Source of the DNA: Chiloscyllium plagiosum
Taxonomy: Eukaryota
NCBI RefSeq assembly: GCF_004010195.1
Contig: NC_057755.1
Coordinates: 4,708,427-4,744,968, forward strand
Direction of reading: 5' to 3'
DNA: 36,542 nucleotides
Position numbers and translations under genes: made by a program. Shown here piece by piece: positions 1-10,252 of this stretch (position 1 is the stretch's first letter; each line of letters opens with the position of its first letter). Below the pieces are notes generated by a model, which saw only the letters and a list, made by a program, of their open reading frames with translations, was not told where the DNA came from and did not search any database.

Positions 1-205
1 TGTGCCTGTGCGTGTGTCTGTGTGTGTTTGAGTATGTGTGGGTCTGTGAGTGTGTTTCTGTGTGTGAGAGTGTGTGTGTGTCTGAGAGTGTATGTGAGTG
101 TGTGTGAGTGTGTGTGTGGGTGTGGGTGAGTGAGTGCGTGTATGTGAGTGTGTGTGTCTGTGAGTGTGTCTGAGTGTGTGAATGTGTGTGTGAGTGTGTG
201 TGTGG
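1..205. repeat. Degenerate (GT)n/(GAGT) microsatellite
   Basis: Nearly continuous GT dinucleotides with interruptions. Confidence 0.95.
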
Positions 206-279
206 ATGGTGCTGTCAGTTTGGATGGTAACTGTCAGCTGTTGCCCTCCCCCTCTCTCTCTCTCTGACTGAATCCATGG

Positions 280-312
280 TGCAGTGGCTGCGCCGGCCAG
301 CAGAGGGTAGCG
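280..312 (+). promoter_or_regulatory. Putative CTCF site (upstream motif plus core), copy 1
   Basis: TGCAGTGGC-N5-CGG-CCAGCAGAGGGTAGCG resembles the CTCF core (CCASYAGRKGGCRS) preceded by the TGCAG upstream (ZF9-11) motif. It is retained in the paralogous block at 27602-27635. Motif match only. Confidence 0.55.
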
Positions 313-744
313 TTTTATCACTTTCAACACAAAGGGAGATTGGTTGCATTCGGTTGACTCCTAGAGTCATGGCAGGACAGTTCTGATTGGCTGCTGCTAA
401 AATCGGGAGCCCAGCTATTTGCTGTCATTTGTTTGGTGGGTGGGTTCTGATGACATAATGTAATCAACCTGCCACAATTTCCCACCCTGACTGTTGGTGA
501 CATTAGTACATGGTTTGTGGAATTGCTACTCAGGAGTGAGACCATGGATTTCATAGTAGGGCATTCACTCATAAATTATTGTGTTAACTTTCATCAGAAC
601 CCCTCCTAAGTCTTTTGATTTTGATGGAAATAATCCTGTGGGAAATTCTATTTCCCTGGACAATTCCCTTGGATTGTGCTATGATGGGTTAGCCACAGTT
701 TCCCGGCTCAACTCTTTTTCAGCACTGGGATAAGTCATTCTATC

Positions 745-1225
745 AGGAGTGTGATGCAATGCTCCCAACTTGCCCTGGATAGGGGCAGCTCCGACAACAC
801 TCAAGAAGTTCGATACCCCCACTTGATTGGGACAAGGGCTAACATCCCCTCCTTCCACCATCGACACACAGGAGCAGCTGTGACGCACTGCAGATATTCA
901 GCAGATATCGTTCGACAGCAACTACCGAACCCAGGAGAGCTTCCAGCTAGAAAGACAAGGGCAGCAGATACCTGGGAAGATCACCCCCCTCCCCGTAAAT
1001 TCCCATCCGACCCACTCACCATCCAGACTTGGAAACATATCGCCATAACTCACTGTCGCTGGGTCAAGATCCAAGAATTCCCTCCCTACCAAAATTGTGG
1101 GTCTACCTACAGTAGGTGGACTGCAGGGTTTCAAGAAGACAGCTCATCACTAACTTCGCTAGCATGCACCTAGGGGTGGGTAATAAATGTTGACTCAGCC
1201 AATGACACCTACATTCCACGAATGG
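745..1225 (+). mobile_element. Degenerate 3' end of a non-LTR retrotransposon (CR1/L2-group LINE, distinct from the main CR1 family here)
   Basis: Decayed RT C-terminal segment (…RSVMQCSQLA…AAPTTLKK… across frames) and tail 'tagggg tgggtaataaatgttg…cacctacattccacgaat'. The same tail occurs inverted at ~9912-9962. Confidence 0.6.
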
Positions 1226-1306
1226 TTTTTTTTTTAAAAAAAGTCATTCCATGATCTAGGAGAAAAAAAAAACACCTTGTGGACCTGACTGAGGAGTTTT
1301 ATTTAC

Positions 1307-2201
1307 TCATGACACAAGGAATTCGTGTAACCAGGGGCTTACTGCATTACTGATCTTTGCTCTGAACCGGGATAATGTTGCTGCATAAGTAAATGTGTTT
1401 GTGCAACAACTTAGTCTCTGCAGCATGAAACTAATAATACTGAAATGATGCATGAAGGATGGGTAATCATCAGGATTGATTCCTTGAATGGTATAACATA
1501 AGAAATCTACAACATTGATTAACCACAGGAGGATAAAACTCCCAGCTAAGGTGTAGAGCAAAATCACAGACTTCCTTCTGCTCTCCATCTCTGGGTCTCT
1601 GTAACTCTGTTCTTTGCCTCGCTCAACCTTCAGTCTCTTCTGGACTCTACTCGTCACCAAAATGTGTCTGACGGTCACAGCATTGAGCAAGAGAATGAAG
1701 GCGAATGGCAGTAAAGGGGTTAAAACCACATCAAATGAATCGAATGCCACCCACCAAGTCTCAGTATAGTAACTTGACTTTGTTTCACAGTAGAATGGCC
1801 CATGTTGGTTATTGATATGGGTTGATATGCAAAATAGAAGGGGATGTTTTTCAAACAGAGGAGGGAGCAGGTTGTTGCGAGAACCACAGTTGCCGTTTTC
1901 TCGGCGCAATATTTTGCTTTCAGCTTCTGACAGCAGATGGTCACATATCGGTCAAAGGAGAAAGTGACAGTGAACCGGACAGAACAGTCTCTTGCTGCAT
2001 GAAACAGGGCACCAATAACACCACACACTGGAGTGAGGCAGAGGAAAGACCGTGGGTAATAATAAAAGTGAAAACCCATCAGTATAATGTCAGTGATAAT
2101 GACCATCAGATTGGCAGCTGCCATAACCACCAGGTAGCAAGTAGTGCAAGGGGAAACACCGCACTTTCCCTTGGAAAGGAGAACAATCGTCAGCAAATTA
2201 A
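1307..2201 (-). pseudogene. GPR139-like: GPR139/GPR142-like class A GPCR, terminal coding exon (mid-TM1 to C-terminus), frameshifted
   Basis: Two overlapping ORFs (1720-2196 and 1307-1909) give NLLTIVLLSKGKCG…YLVVMAAANL…SFDRYVTICCQKLKAKYC…KNIPFYF and YCETKSSYYTE…LTPLLPFAFILLLNAVTVRHI…DPEMESRRKSVILL…CCTNTFTY. A phase-1 acceptor ttttttccacag|TT lies at 2202/2201. A 1-nt frameshift lies near 1800-1810. Confidence 0.85.
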
Positions 2202-2685
2202 CTGTGGAAAAAAATTGGAAAAGACTTGATGAATTGCTGACCAGTTATTCCTCTGCCTGTTCCAAGAATACCAATTTACCAAACAATCTGGCACACCCTA
2301 TACGTGCAAGTGATTGGGTTTGAGTGAGGTTGTAATTAATGTTTCCACACCATCCTCACATTGTCCTCCAAGACAATTACTCCAGAGATTATGGAGTTTA
2401 GTCAGACACTCAGCTCACACCCCTCTCAGGAGAGCAGAAGGAAACGTGAGATTTTGTTTGACTGCAAGGTGACTATTTGAGTGACTATAGTAGATTCCTA
2501 CAGTTCTCAGCTCCAAATCTGGTAGGCGCAGAACCCCATTAGCAACTTTGATCTCAACTCGGTCATAGAACTGGCGATTGGACTGTCAATAAACCAGAGT
2601 CACCTGTTCTCCTTGTTTCAAGTGATCTGCTCTTAACATTGGACCAAATCCTAACCAGAGCCGCAACAGGATCAGGAAACACGTC

Positions 2686-2850
2686 CAAAGCAAAATCAGG
2701 AGTTGCTGTAAAAGGTCAGCATCTGTGAAGAGAAATCACCGTTAACGTTTTGGGATCATTGACCCTTCCTCAGAACCAGATCTGATACGTTAACTCTGAT
2801 GCATCTTCACAGATACCGCCAGACCTGCTGAGAATTTCCACCAACAAAAT
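2686..2850. mobile_element. Short degenerate fold-back PLE-derived element with hammerhead remnant (minus, 2741-2776)
   Basis: Arms 'atctgtgaagagaaatcaccgttaacg' and 'cgttaactctgatgcatcttcacagat' are inverted. The minus strand reads gtt-CTGAGGA-a-gggtc-aat-gatccc-aaa-ACGT-T-aac, with the core GAA decayed to AAA. Confidence 0.6.
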
Positions 2851-3865
2851 GAGATAGATTTTTTTTTAAAGAAAACGAATTGAGGGAGATGAACCCAATT
2901 TTGATTACCCTTCTGGAAATGCTCTCCTGCTCACCTTCTCTGTTCAGGGGAGTACAAATCTTGACAGATTTCCCTCCTGATCCCTGTACATCAAGACATT
3001 TGTCATGTACAGATGGGTAGATTTTCAGTGTAAATATCACAGCAGTGCTGACACTCACACGTTGTCACTGAGAGAGCCATGGAGGCTCTGTTGTGCTGCA
3101 CTTGAGTAAGACGCATGTGTCATGACCCATGGACTAGCCTTGTTTGAATTCTTATGCACGTTCTGATAATCTGTTTCCTGTTAATGCTGCAAATTAGAAA
3201 TGAAAACAGATGTGTCTGGATAAGGCTGACCAGTCAGTGAGCTGGAAATATTTTGTTCGAATGGAAAAGGCAGAGAGCAGGTCAGCAGCAGATTAAAATT
3301 AGTTGAATTGTCAGTTTGCCATGCCAGGGATGTCAAGGATAGTGTTGAACACCTTCTCGACATGTTCAATTGGCCAAAGCATTTTTCTGGGCGAGGTACG
3401 TGTTCCTTCGGGCTGTTGTTTGAAACTGATCCAATGCATTCCCAGCGACGCTGCCTTATACTGTGTGGAAGCTCCTTGGGTGGGGGACCGAGCTGCAGAA
3501 TTGCTCAGCATTGTTGCCATTTTTCAACTTTCTGTCAATGAACAAACTAATTACAATATCAAGCTAATTGCAAATATGGAGGAGAGTGGCTGTTCATACA
3601 TCATAATGCAACAACAAAAGCAGAATCTGGAATCCGCCAGCAATAATGCTATCTACTCAATCAGCATCAGCTCCATCCCACAAATTCTTCAACCGATGCA
3701 ACATCAGGTGGTTTATTCTGAGTGTGAACATATGTCTCAGAGCTGTCCTTCAGTATTCAAACTAGGTGCTGTCTGGACTTTACAAAAGCACTGAGATTGA
3801 TTGAAATGTAATTCTCCTGTCACACTGATGGTGGGCATTGGTGTTGAAGTTTCAGTAGCTTTGCA

Positions 3866-4348
3866 CATAGAGTCAGAGAGTCCCACAGCCTGGAAGCAGA
3901 TGCGTCAGCCGAATTTGCCCATGCTGATCAGATATTCTAAACTGAACTAATCCTATTTGTCTGTAATTAGCCCAAAACCCGCTAAACCTTTCCTATCCGT
4001 ACACATGTCAAACTATCTTTTAAATATTATAATCACACCAGCCTCCACCACATCCTCTGGCAGCTTATTCTATCACCGCACCACAGTCCGTGTGAAAACC
4101 TTGCCCCTAAGGTCCTTTTTAAATCTTTCTCCTCCCACCCAAAAAAAAAACCGATGTCCTCCAGTTTTGGACTCACCGACCCTGGGGAAAAAGATTTTGG
4201 CTAATCACCTTATCTGTGCCCCTCGTGATTTTGTAAACCTCTATGTGGTCAGCCCTCAGCCTCTGACGCTCCATAGAGAAAAGTCCCAGCATGTCCAGCC
4301 TCTCCTTCAAACCCTCCAATCTCGGCAACCTCTTGGTTAATCTGTTTC
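3866..4348 (-). mobile_element. CR1 LINE 3' fragment
   Basis: The minus-strand translation RLTKRLPRLEGLKERLDMLGLFSMERQRLRADHIEVYKI matches the CR1 ORF2 C-terminus. It ends in a 'ctatg/gactc'-type tail. Confidence 0.9.
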
Positions 4349-5621
4349 TAAAACCAACTCCTGCCCTCAGTGCTGTGACCGATGATGGCAAGTGCGCTAA
4401 ACGCCCAAATGTGACACCACTCTCAGTGTAATTTGTACGAGCTAATGATGGCTATTGCTCAGAGATAACTCACAGTTTTCTTCTTAAAGCACAGTAAGAA
4501 ACATATCACCCCATATTTAAAAAAAAAATTCTGACTCATCATCGATCTCCAAAGCTGCTCCTCATTGGTAATTATTTTGGGCTGCATTTTTCAGGTGATC
4601 ACACATTCAATTTTCTCAGGGAAGGACTGAAAAAGTTTGTACTGGATTCCAGCATCAAATGATCTATTGGTTGGAACAGAATGAAGGAGGGATTATCAAA
4701 TCTGTCGACACGCGTGTGCACTCAATAGAATCAACCCTTTCATGGAACTGCATCGTGGAGCTGCTATAGATTCAGACCCAATGCCTTGTGAGCTATGGTC
4801 AACGCTGTGTGATTGTGTCAAACTGAGAACTATGGATATTAAAAATCTGAAATAAGAACGTATTTCTCATAAAGTACATGAGCTTGTTCCACAAGTCAAT
4901 ACCCTTCTTAATATGAATGAATACATCTCTATTACATTAACGAACAGACATTTATTGCAGAAAAGCTAACGCGCTTATTCTTCAAGTGAGTGCAAGTTCA
5001 TTACACACATGTCCACTCATTTATGACACTAGCTAACACGGTTAAAATTCAATGAACTTCTGCTTGTTACGCAAATAAAAAGGTGTTTCACTCAAAAGTA
5101 AACTCATGTTAAGTGAGCTGCAGATGTTTCATGACTAACTCTGAGATATAGATGACTGTACGGCAGAGGATGGGAGTGCATGGTTCTCTGTTACCTGCAG
5201 TGTACTGGGCGTATACCGTGAAGGAACCTAAAATGGCTGATTGATTTAGAGATGGAACAGTTTGCAGGTAGATGGAGGGTTTCTGGAACACAGGATACAT
5301 AATTATCAAATGCGGGTGTTGTCGAAGCGGGAGTCAAGTCGATGAGTTCAGGTTTCACTGAGAATGAAGATGCCAGACATGCAGCACTGTAAGCAGTATC
5401 GCATTGAAATATAACAGGACGTTAATAGCTCAGTTAAAGGGGAAGAATCAGAAGTGATCTCACTGAAACGTGCAGGATTGAGGGGCTTGACAGGATTGAT
5501 GCTGAGAGAATGCTTTCCCTTTGGCAAAGTCTAGGACAAGAGGACATAGTGTCAGAATAAAGGGGCATCAGTTTAAGACTGAGATAAGGCGGATTTTCTT
5601 CACTCGGAGGATTGTGAGATT

Positions 5622-6045
5622 GCTGTGGTTCTGTTCGCCGAGCTGGAAGTTTTTGTTGCAAACGTTTCGTCCCCTGGCTAGGCGACATCATCAGTGCTTG
5701 GGAGCCTCCTGCGAAGCGCTTCTTTGATGTTTCCTCCGGTGTTTATAGTTGCCTGTCCCTGCCACTTACGGTTGTCAGTTTCAGCTGTCCGCTGTAGTGG
5801 TTGGTATATTGGGTCCAGGTCGATGTGTTTGTTGATGGAGTTTGTGGATGAATGCCATGCCTCTAGGAATTCCCTGGCTGTTCTCTGTCTAGCTTGCCCT
5901 ATGATAGTAGTGTTGTCCCAGTCGAACTCATGTTGCTGGTTGTCTGCGTGTGTGGCTACTAAGGATAGCTAGTCGTGTCGTTTCGTGGCCAGTTGGTGTT
6001 CATGTATGCGGATCGTTAGCTGTCTTCCTGTTTGTCCTATACAGT
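5622..6045 (-). mobile_element. Penelope-like element 3' fragment (GIY-YIG C-terminal half, 3' UTR with hammerhead)
   Basis: Minus-strand IGQTGRQLTIRIHEHQLATKRHD…EFDWDNTTIIGQARQRTAREFLEAWHS is homologous to 23765-24550. A 13-bp target duplication ggattgtgagatt lies at 5609-5621 and 6046-6058. Confidence 0.9.
5658..5697 (-). ncRNA. Minimal type I hammerhead ribozyme motif (PLE-type)
   Basis: Reverse complement: gca-CTGATGA-t-gtcgcc-tagcca-ggggac-GAA-ACGT-T-tgc. Stem I is gca/tgc, stem II has one mismatch, and stem III is the palindrome ACGU. Confidence 0.75.
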
Positions 6046-6533
6046 GGATTGTGAGATTTTCTAATCCATTGCCACAGGGACCAATGTGGGGACAAAGTCC
6101 TTGCACTGCTGAGGTAGATTCATGATCTTCGGGGAAATCAAGTTTTCTAAGGGAAGAGCAGAAATGTGAACACGAGAATTGCCAGATCATTCATGCTCCT
6201 ATTCAGTGGTGCAGCGAGCTCGAGGGGCTGAATGGCCTGCTTCTGTTCCCAATTCGGATGGTCTGATGGTCTCATTAGGGGCGCTAGCACTGCACCACAA
6301 AACACGCTCCTCCTTAAACTTGACTAAAAAAAAACCTGGAAATAATTGAATTCAATTGAGACCAGTTCTACAATCGCCTCGGTACTCTAACAATGACAGC
6401 TCGCTGAGGTCTTTATTTTGTTGTCTGGCGCTCTTCAGAGATGTTTCCCCGTGCTTTCTGCTTAGTTTGAGGAGTTATGTTGACCCGTGTGCTTGTGATA
6501 AATGGTGTGTAAAAAAATAAGTGTGCGCCCTGA

Positions 6534-6559
6534 GAAAGAGAGAGAGAGAGAGAGAGAGA
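6534..6559. repeat. (GA)n microsatellite
   Basis: Direct observation. Confidence 0.9.
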
Positions 6560-6934
6560 GCAGATGTCCCCAGTTTGCTTCCGGTTGTCAACCTCACTCT
6601 GTGCTTCAGTGGAGACAATAACCCATCGAAGTTTAGCCACAAACAGACAATGGATCTCATTTCTTCAGAAGTTGCCACTGACATTGTACAGCAGTGTGTC
6701 TATGTAGGTTCAACCTGTTGTCGATATCAACAAAACCACAACCCGTTCGTATAGAAACTGCACGTCTTCAATGTACCGGGTTGAATGAACAATGTGCTGT
6801 CAATGTGAATGTTTCTTCCCTCTCTATCAGTCACTCTTTATTTGTGCCAAAATTATAAATTGGTTTGAAACGTCTATGATTCGAAGATTGCCACTTTTAC
6901 TTCATCAGATCAGACCATTCCTGCGCTGAGTATA

Positions 6935-7485
6935 AAATAAAGATGAACCAGGAACAGGTGTAGGCCATTCAGCCCCTCCAGCCTATTCTGCCATTCAAGC
7001 CAACCACAGCTGATCTCATCTTGTCACTCAACTCCACTTTCTTGCCCACTCTGCGCAATCCTTTAACCTGTTACTCATTGAAATCCTGTCTACGTCCTCC
7101 TCAAATTTACTCAATATCCAAGCACTGGTCTCTGGGGAAGTGAATTCCACGATTCACGACGGTTTGAGAGAAGCAATTCCTCCTCATCCCAGTTTTATGT
7201 CTGCTACCCCTCACTCTAAACTATTACCTCTCCTTCTAGTTTTTCCCACACGAGGAAGCATTCTCTCTACCTCGACTTTCTTAATCGTCTTTAGCATCGT
7301 GTTAACCTCAATTAGATCGTCTTCTGAACTCCAGTGACTTTCGGCCTAAACAGCTCAAGCTCTGCTCATAAGACAAGCCAGTCACCTCTGCAAACAATGG
7401 AGGGGACCTCCCGTGAGCTGCCTAAAATGTACCTCCATCCCTTCTCAAGTAAGGAGAAGATAGCTCAACACAACGCACCAGGCAC
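6935..7485 (-). mobile_element. Old CR1 LINE 3' fragment
   Basis: The tail 'aggaacaggtgtaggccattcagcccctccagcctattctgccattcaa' is the reverse complement of the CR1 tail type at ~6220-6250, followed by decayed ORF2 C-terminal sequence. Confidence 0.7.
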
Positions 7486-7777
7486 AGAAGTCCACTCGTT
7501 TCATTGATCCAATGTTCATTTCGTTCTAATGCTCAATTAAGAAAAAAAACATCCATTTCTGTCAGTGCCCAGGGACAGTTTGCTTGAACTCTACTATCAG
7601 AGAGAAAAAAAAGGTATGATTCATTCACTGAAGAATTGAGTGTACACTGTGCTGTTAAAGTTAAGGGTTGACTGATCAGATTGTTCACCAGTTTTGACCC
7701 AGATGTACAACCAGGTATATTACAATTTGCACTGCTCCATACCTCTTACTGAACTTGAAACACGCTTACAAAGACGA

Positions 7778-7914
7778 TTTGGAGATGCCAGTGTTGGACT
7801 GGGGTGTACAAAGTTAAAAGTCACGCAACACCAGGTTATAGTCCAACAGGCTTAATTGGAAGCACACTTAAACCTGTTGGACTATGACCTGTTGTTGTGT
7901 GATATTTAACTTTG
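7778..7914. mobile_element. Short fold-back element (47-bp imperfect inverted arms)
   Basis: 7809-7855 and 7868-7914 are inverted copies. The flanks caaagacga (7769-7777) and caaaggcga (7915-7923) look like a 9-bp TSD. Confidence 0.7.
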
Positions 7915-8219
7915 CAAAGGCGAGGTATAGTTTGTGTGCAGAGAGCTCATAGTCGTGGTCACGGCTGTTGATGTGTTCTGCTGTCTGTTGGAATAGGTGA
8001 CAATTCAGTTTCAACAGTTAGTAACACGCTGTCCACCTTTAGAAACCCAGAGGAGGTCAGTTCAAATCCCCACGTCCCTTTCTGAGGATTCGATTTCAGT
8101 GACGGAGAAGTTGTGGAAGGAATGAGCAGGTTTAGAATAATGTGGTCATTCAAGCCCTTAATTAGTCGGTGGAGTTTTAATTTTCAGTCCCATTCCGATC
8201 TTTTTATTCCTTCCCCACC

Positions 8220-8266
8220 TCTTTCTCTCTCTCTCTCTCTCCCCCTCCCCCTCCCTTTCTCTCTCT
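8220..8266. repeat. (CT)n/pyrimidine tract
   Basis: Direct observation. Confidence 0.85.
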
Positions 8267-8454
8267 GCAATATGGATAGGCTACCTCAACTGAACCTGCC
8301 TCCACCAGTGCAGTGCAGTGCATGCCCCAACAACTAACACAGGGAAAACATTGCTCACATTCCCCCACTTTGTTTACACATCACCTTACCTCTCTACTTC
8401 CTCAGTCATGTGACTGACTGTAATAATGGCCTCAGCATGGTTCAGGACAAAGAC

Positions 8455-8945
8455 TCACAGAGTCACACAGTATAGAAACAGACCCTTCCATCGAAACAGT
8501 CCAAGTAGACCATAATCCCAATCTAAATTTCACCACCTGCCTGGCCTTGACCTGTGTCCCTCCAACGCTTTCATATTTATGAACTTAGAGGAGAAAGTGA
8601 GGTCTGCAGATGCTGGAGATCAGAGCTGAAAATGTGTTGCTGGAAAAGCGCAGCAGGTCAGGCAGCATCCAGGGAACAGGAGAATCGACGTTTCGGGCAT
8701 AATGCTGCCTGACCTGCTGCGCTTTTCCAGCAACACATTTTCAGCTATTTATGAACTTACCCAAGTGACTTTTAAAGGTTGTAACTGTACCTGCACACCC
8801 GACTTTCGCTGGTAGTTCATTTCACGCAAGAACCATTCTCTGTGTAAAAACGTTACCCCATCTCATTTTTTAATCTTCCAACTCTCACCTGAAAGATATA
8901 CTCCCTTGTATTAAACTCCCCTATCCGAAACGAAGGAACTTGTCC
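8455..8945 (-). mobile_element. CR1 LINE 3' fragment hosting a fold-back insertion
   Basis: Tail 'cacagagtcacacagtatagaaacagaccctt' and 'accattctctgtgtaaaaacgttacccc' (reverse of the GNFFTQRVV region). Confidence 0.75.
8588..8745. mobile_element. Young fold-back PLE-derived element with half hammerhead
   Basis: Perfect 45-bp inverted repeat at 8624-8668 and 8702-8746. The loop contains cgacgtttcgggcata (the 3' half of the hammerhead on the minus strand). A 14-bp TSD tatttatgaactta lies at 8574-8587 and 8746-8759. Confidence 0.9.
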
Positions 8946-9911
8946 GTTAGACACACGTACACTTTTCCCTCACCGTGGTCCAGGGTTTAGCATCCAGTGT
9001 AAAGATTCTGAGGGAAGATGTTTGAACTTCAAGTACTTGCCGCATACCTGTTTATCCATTGTGAACACGTACCCAGGAAATTCCACATGCCACAGGCTTA
9101 CATCATAACGTGACTGTACTGTGGCTTTACGTCATTTATTTTGTTTTTGTTTTCATGAAGAATATCTGAGACAAAGTTATTTAACAGTCTGTTCAAAGCC
9201 AATGGGCCAGACAGCTTTTGAGGCCTTCGAGTTCTTTTTTTCAAAGCTGGAACAATAGAAGCAGCCTGAATGGGTGGGGTCAAGCTTCTACTGAAACAGG
9301 AAACTTAGTTTTAACATCCTGCAGTTTCTAAAAGCTGGACATAGAAGCTCATATTCCTGTTTGTGTTACAGCTGAAAACCGAGAGTTCTTTCCCTGCTCC
9401 TAGCATTGCAAGTGACACAAGGTATTTGCCTGAAATTTGCTTTGCCAGAGATGTATCTACGGTATGCTACCATGTTCAAACAGTTAATTATTTCTAGTCA
9501 AAGTACATACTATTTTACTAAACATTTCAATAATTAACTTAAGCCTATTCTTTTCTTTTGATTTTGTCTATATTTTAACTGTAGTTTAAATTTAAAGCAT
9601 GTTTTATTTAATGTTAATAGTTGGACCAATCGTACTGCATCTGGAATGTAAAACTTACATTTAATTTTAAAATAAGAACATTTTAGGGACTGTGCTATCT
9701 GAATATATTTGAAGAGGTTTGGTCTGGGCTATGAAAATACATTTACATTAATATCGTATCTTATTCCTGAGCACACAAAGTAGAATTTGGAGACTGAAGA
9801 CAGGTGATAATTACTATGACATTTAATAACATCTCTGTTCTCCCCCTCTATATCCAATTGAGAAACAGTTCCCCAGTATTGATAAAGTGAATAGATTTTG
9901 AAAAGACTTTA

Positions 9912-10252
9912 TGGGATGCAGGTGTCTCAAGCTTAACCAGCATTTATTGCCCATCCCTAGTTACACAGAAAGCAATTAAGAAACAGTCACAACCATCAGT
10001 GCCTGCAGTTGCATGTAGGCCAGACGAGATACTGATGGACATTAACTTCCCTGAAGGACATCAGTGAACCAGAGTCGTTTTGATTACAATCGAGTGGTAG
10101 TCATCATTCAGCTCTTAATTTTTGATTGCTTTTTCAGATGGATTTATGTTGATTTCAACTGCCTCCATCGGCCATTGGGGGGATTTCAAACGATGACCAC
10201 AAAATATTACCTGGGTCTCCAGATTAATACTCCATAAATACACCATGAGGCA
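9912..10252 (-). mobile_element. Degenerate tRNA-derived SINE sharing its 3' tail with the LINE at 745-1225
   Basis: The 'ccagcatttattgcccatccctagtt' tail is at the left end. A decayed tRNA-like head (minus strand: 'ggtgtatttatggagtattaatctggagacccagg…gtttgaaatcc') is at the right end. Confidence 0.5.

Larger units (their letters stand above)
5430..6272 (+). mobile_element. CR1 LINE 3' fragment interrupted by a PLE insertion
   Basis: SRTRGHSVRIKGHQFKTEIRRIFFTRRIV, which resumes after 6058 and ends with 'ctcgaggggctgaatggcctgcttctgttcc'. Confidence 0.8.

Noticed and set aside
1822..2229. 135-aa plus-strand ORF
   Set aside because: Antisense shadow of the GPCR exon.
3303..3794. 163-aa ORF
   Set aside because: No recognisable domain, a non-ATG start, and it partly overlaps what looks like decayed LINE sequence.
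6272..6290. CTCF-like 'cattaggggcgcta'
   Set aside because: Lacks the CC..AG start and is one base short in the G run.
9105..9737. Possible degenerate solo LTR
   Set aside because: No clean TG…CA termini, TSD or second copy in the window. It rests only on vague familiarity.
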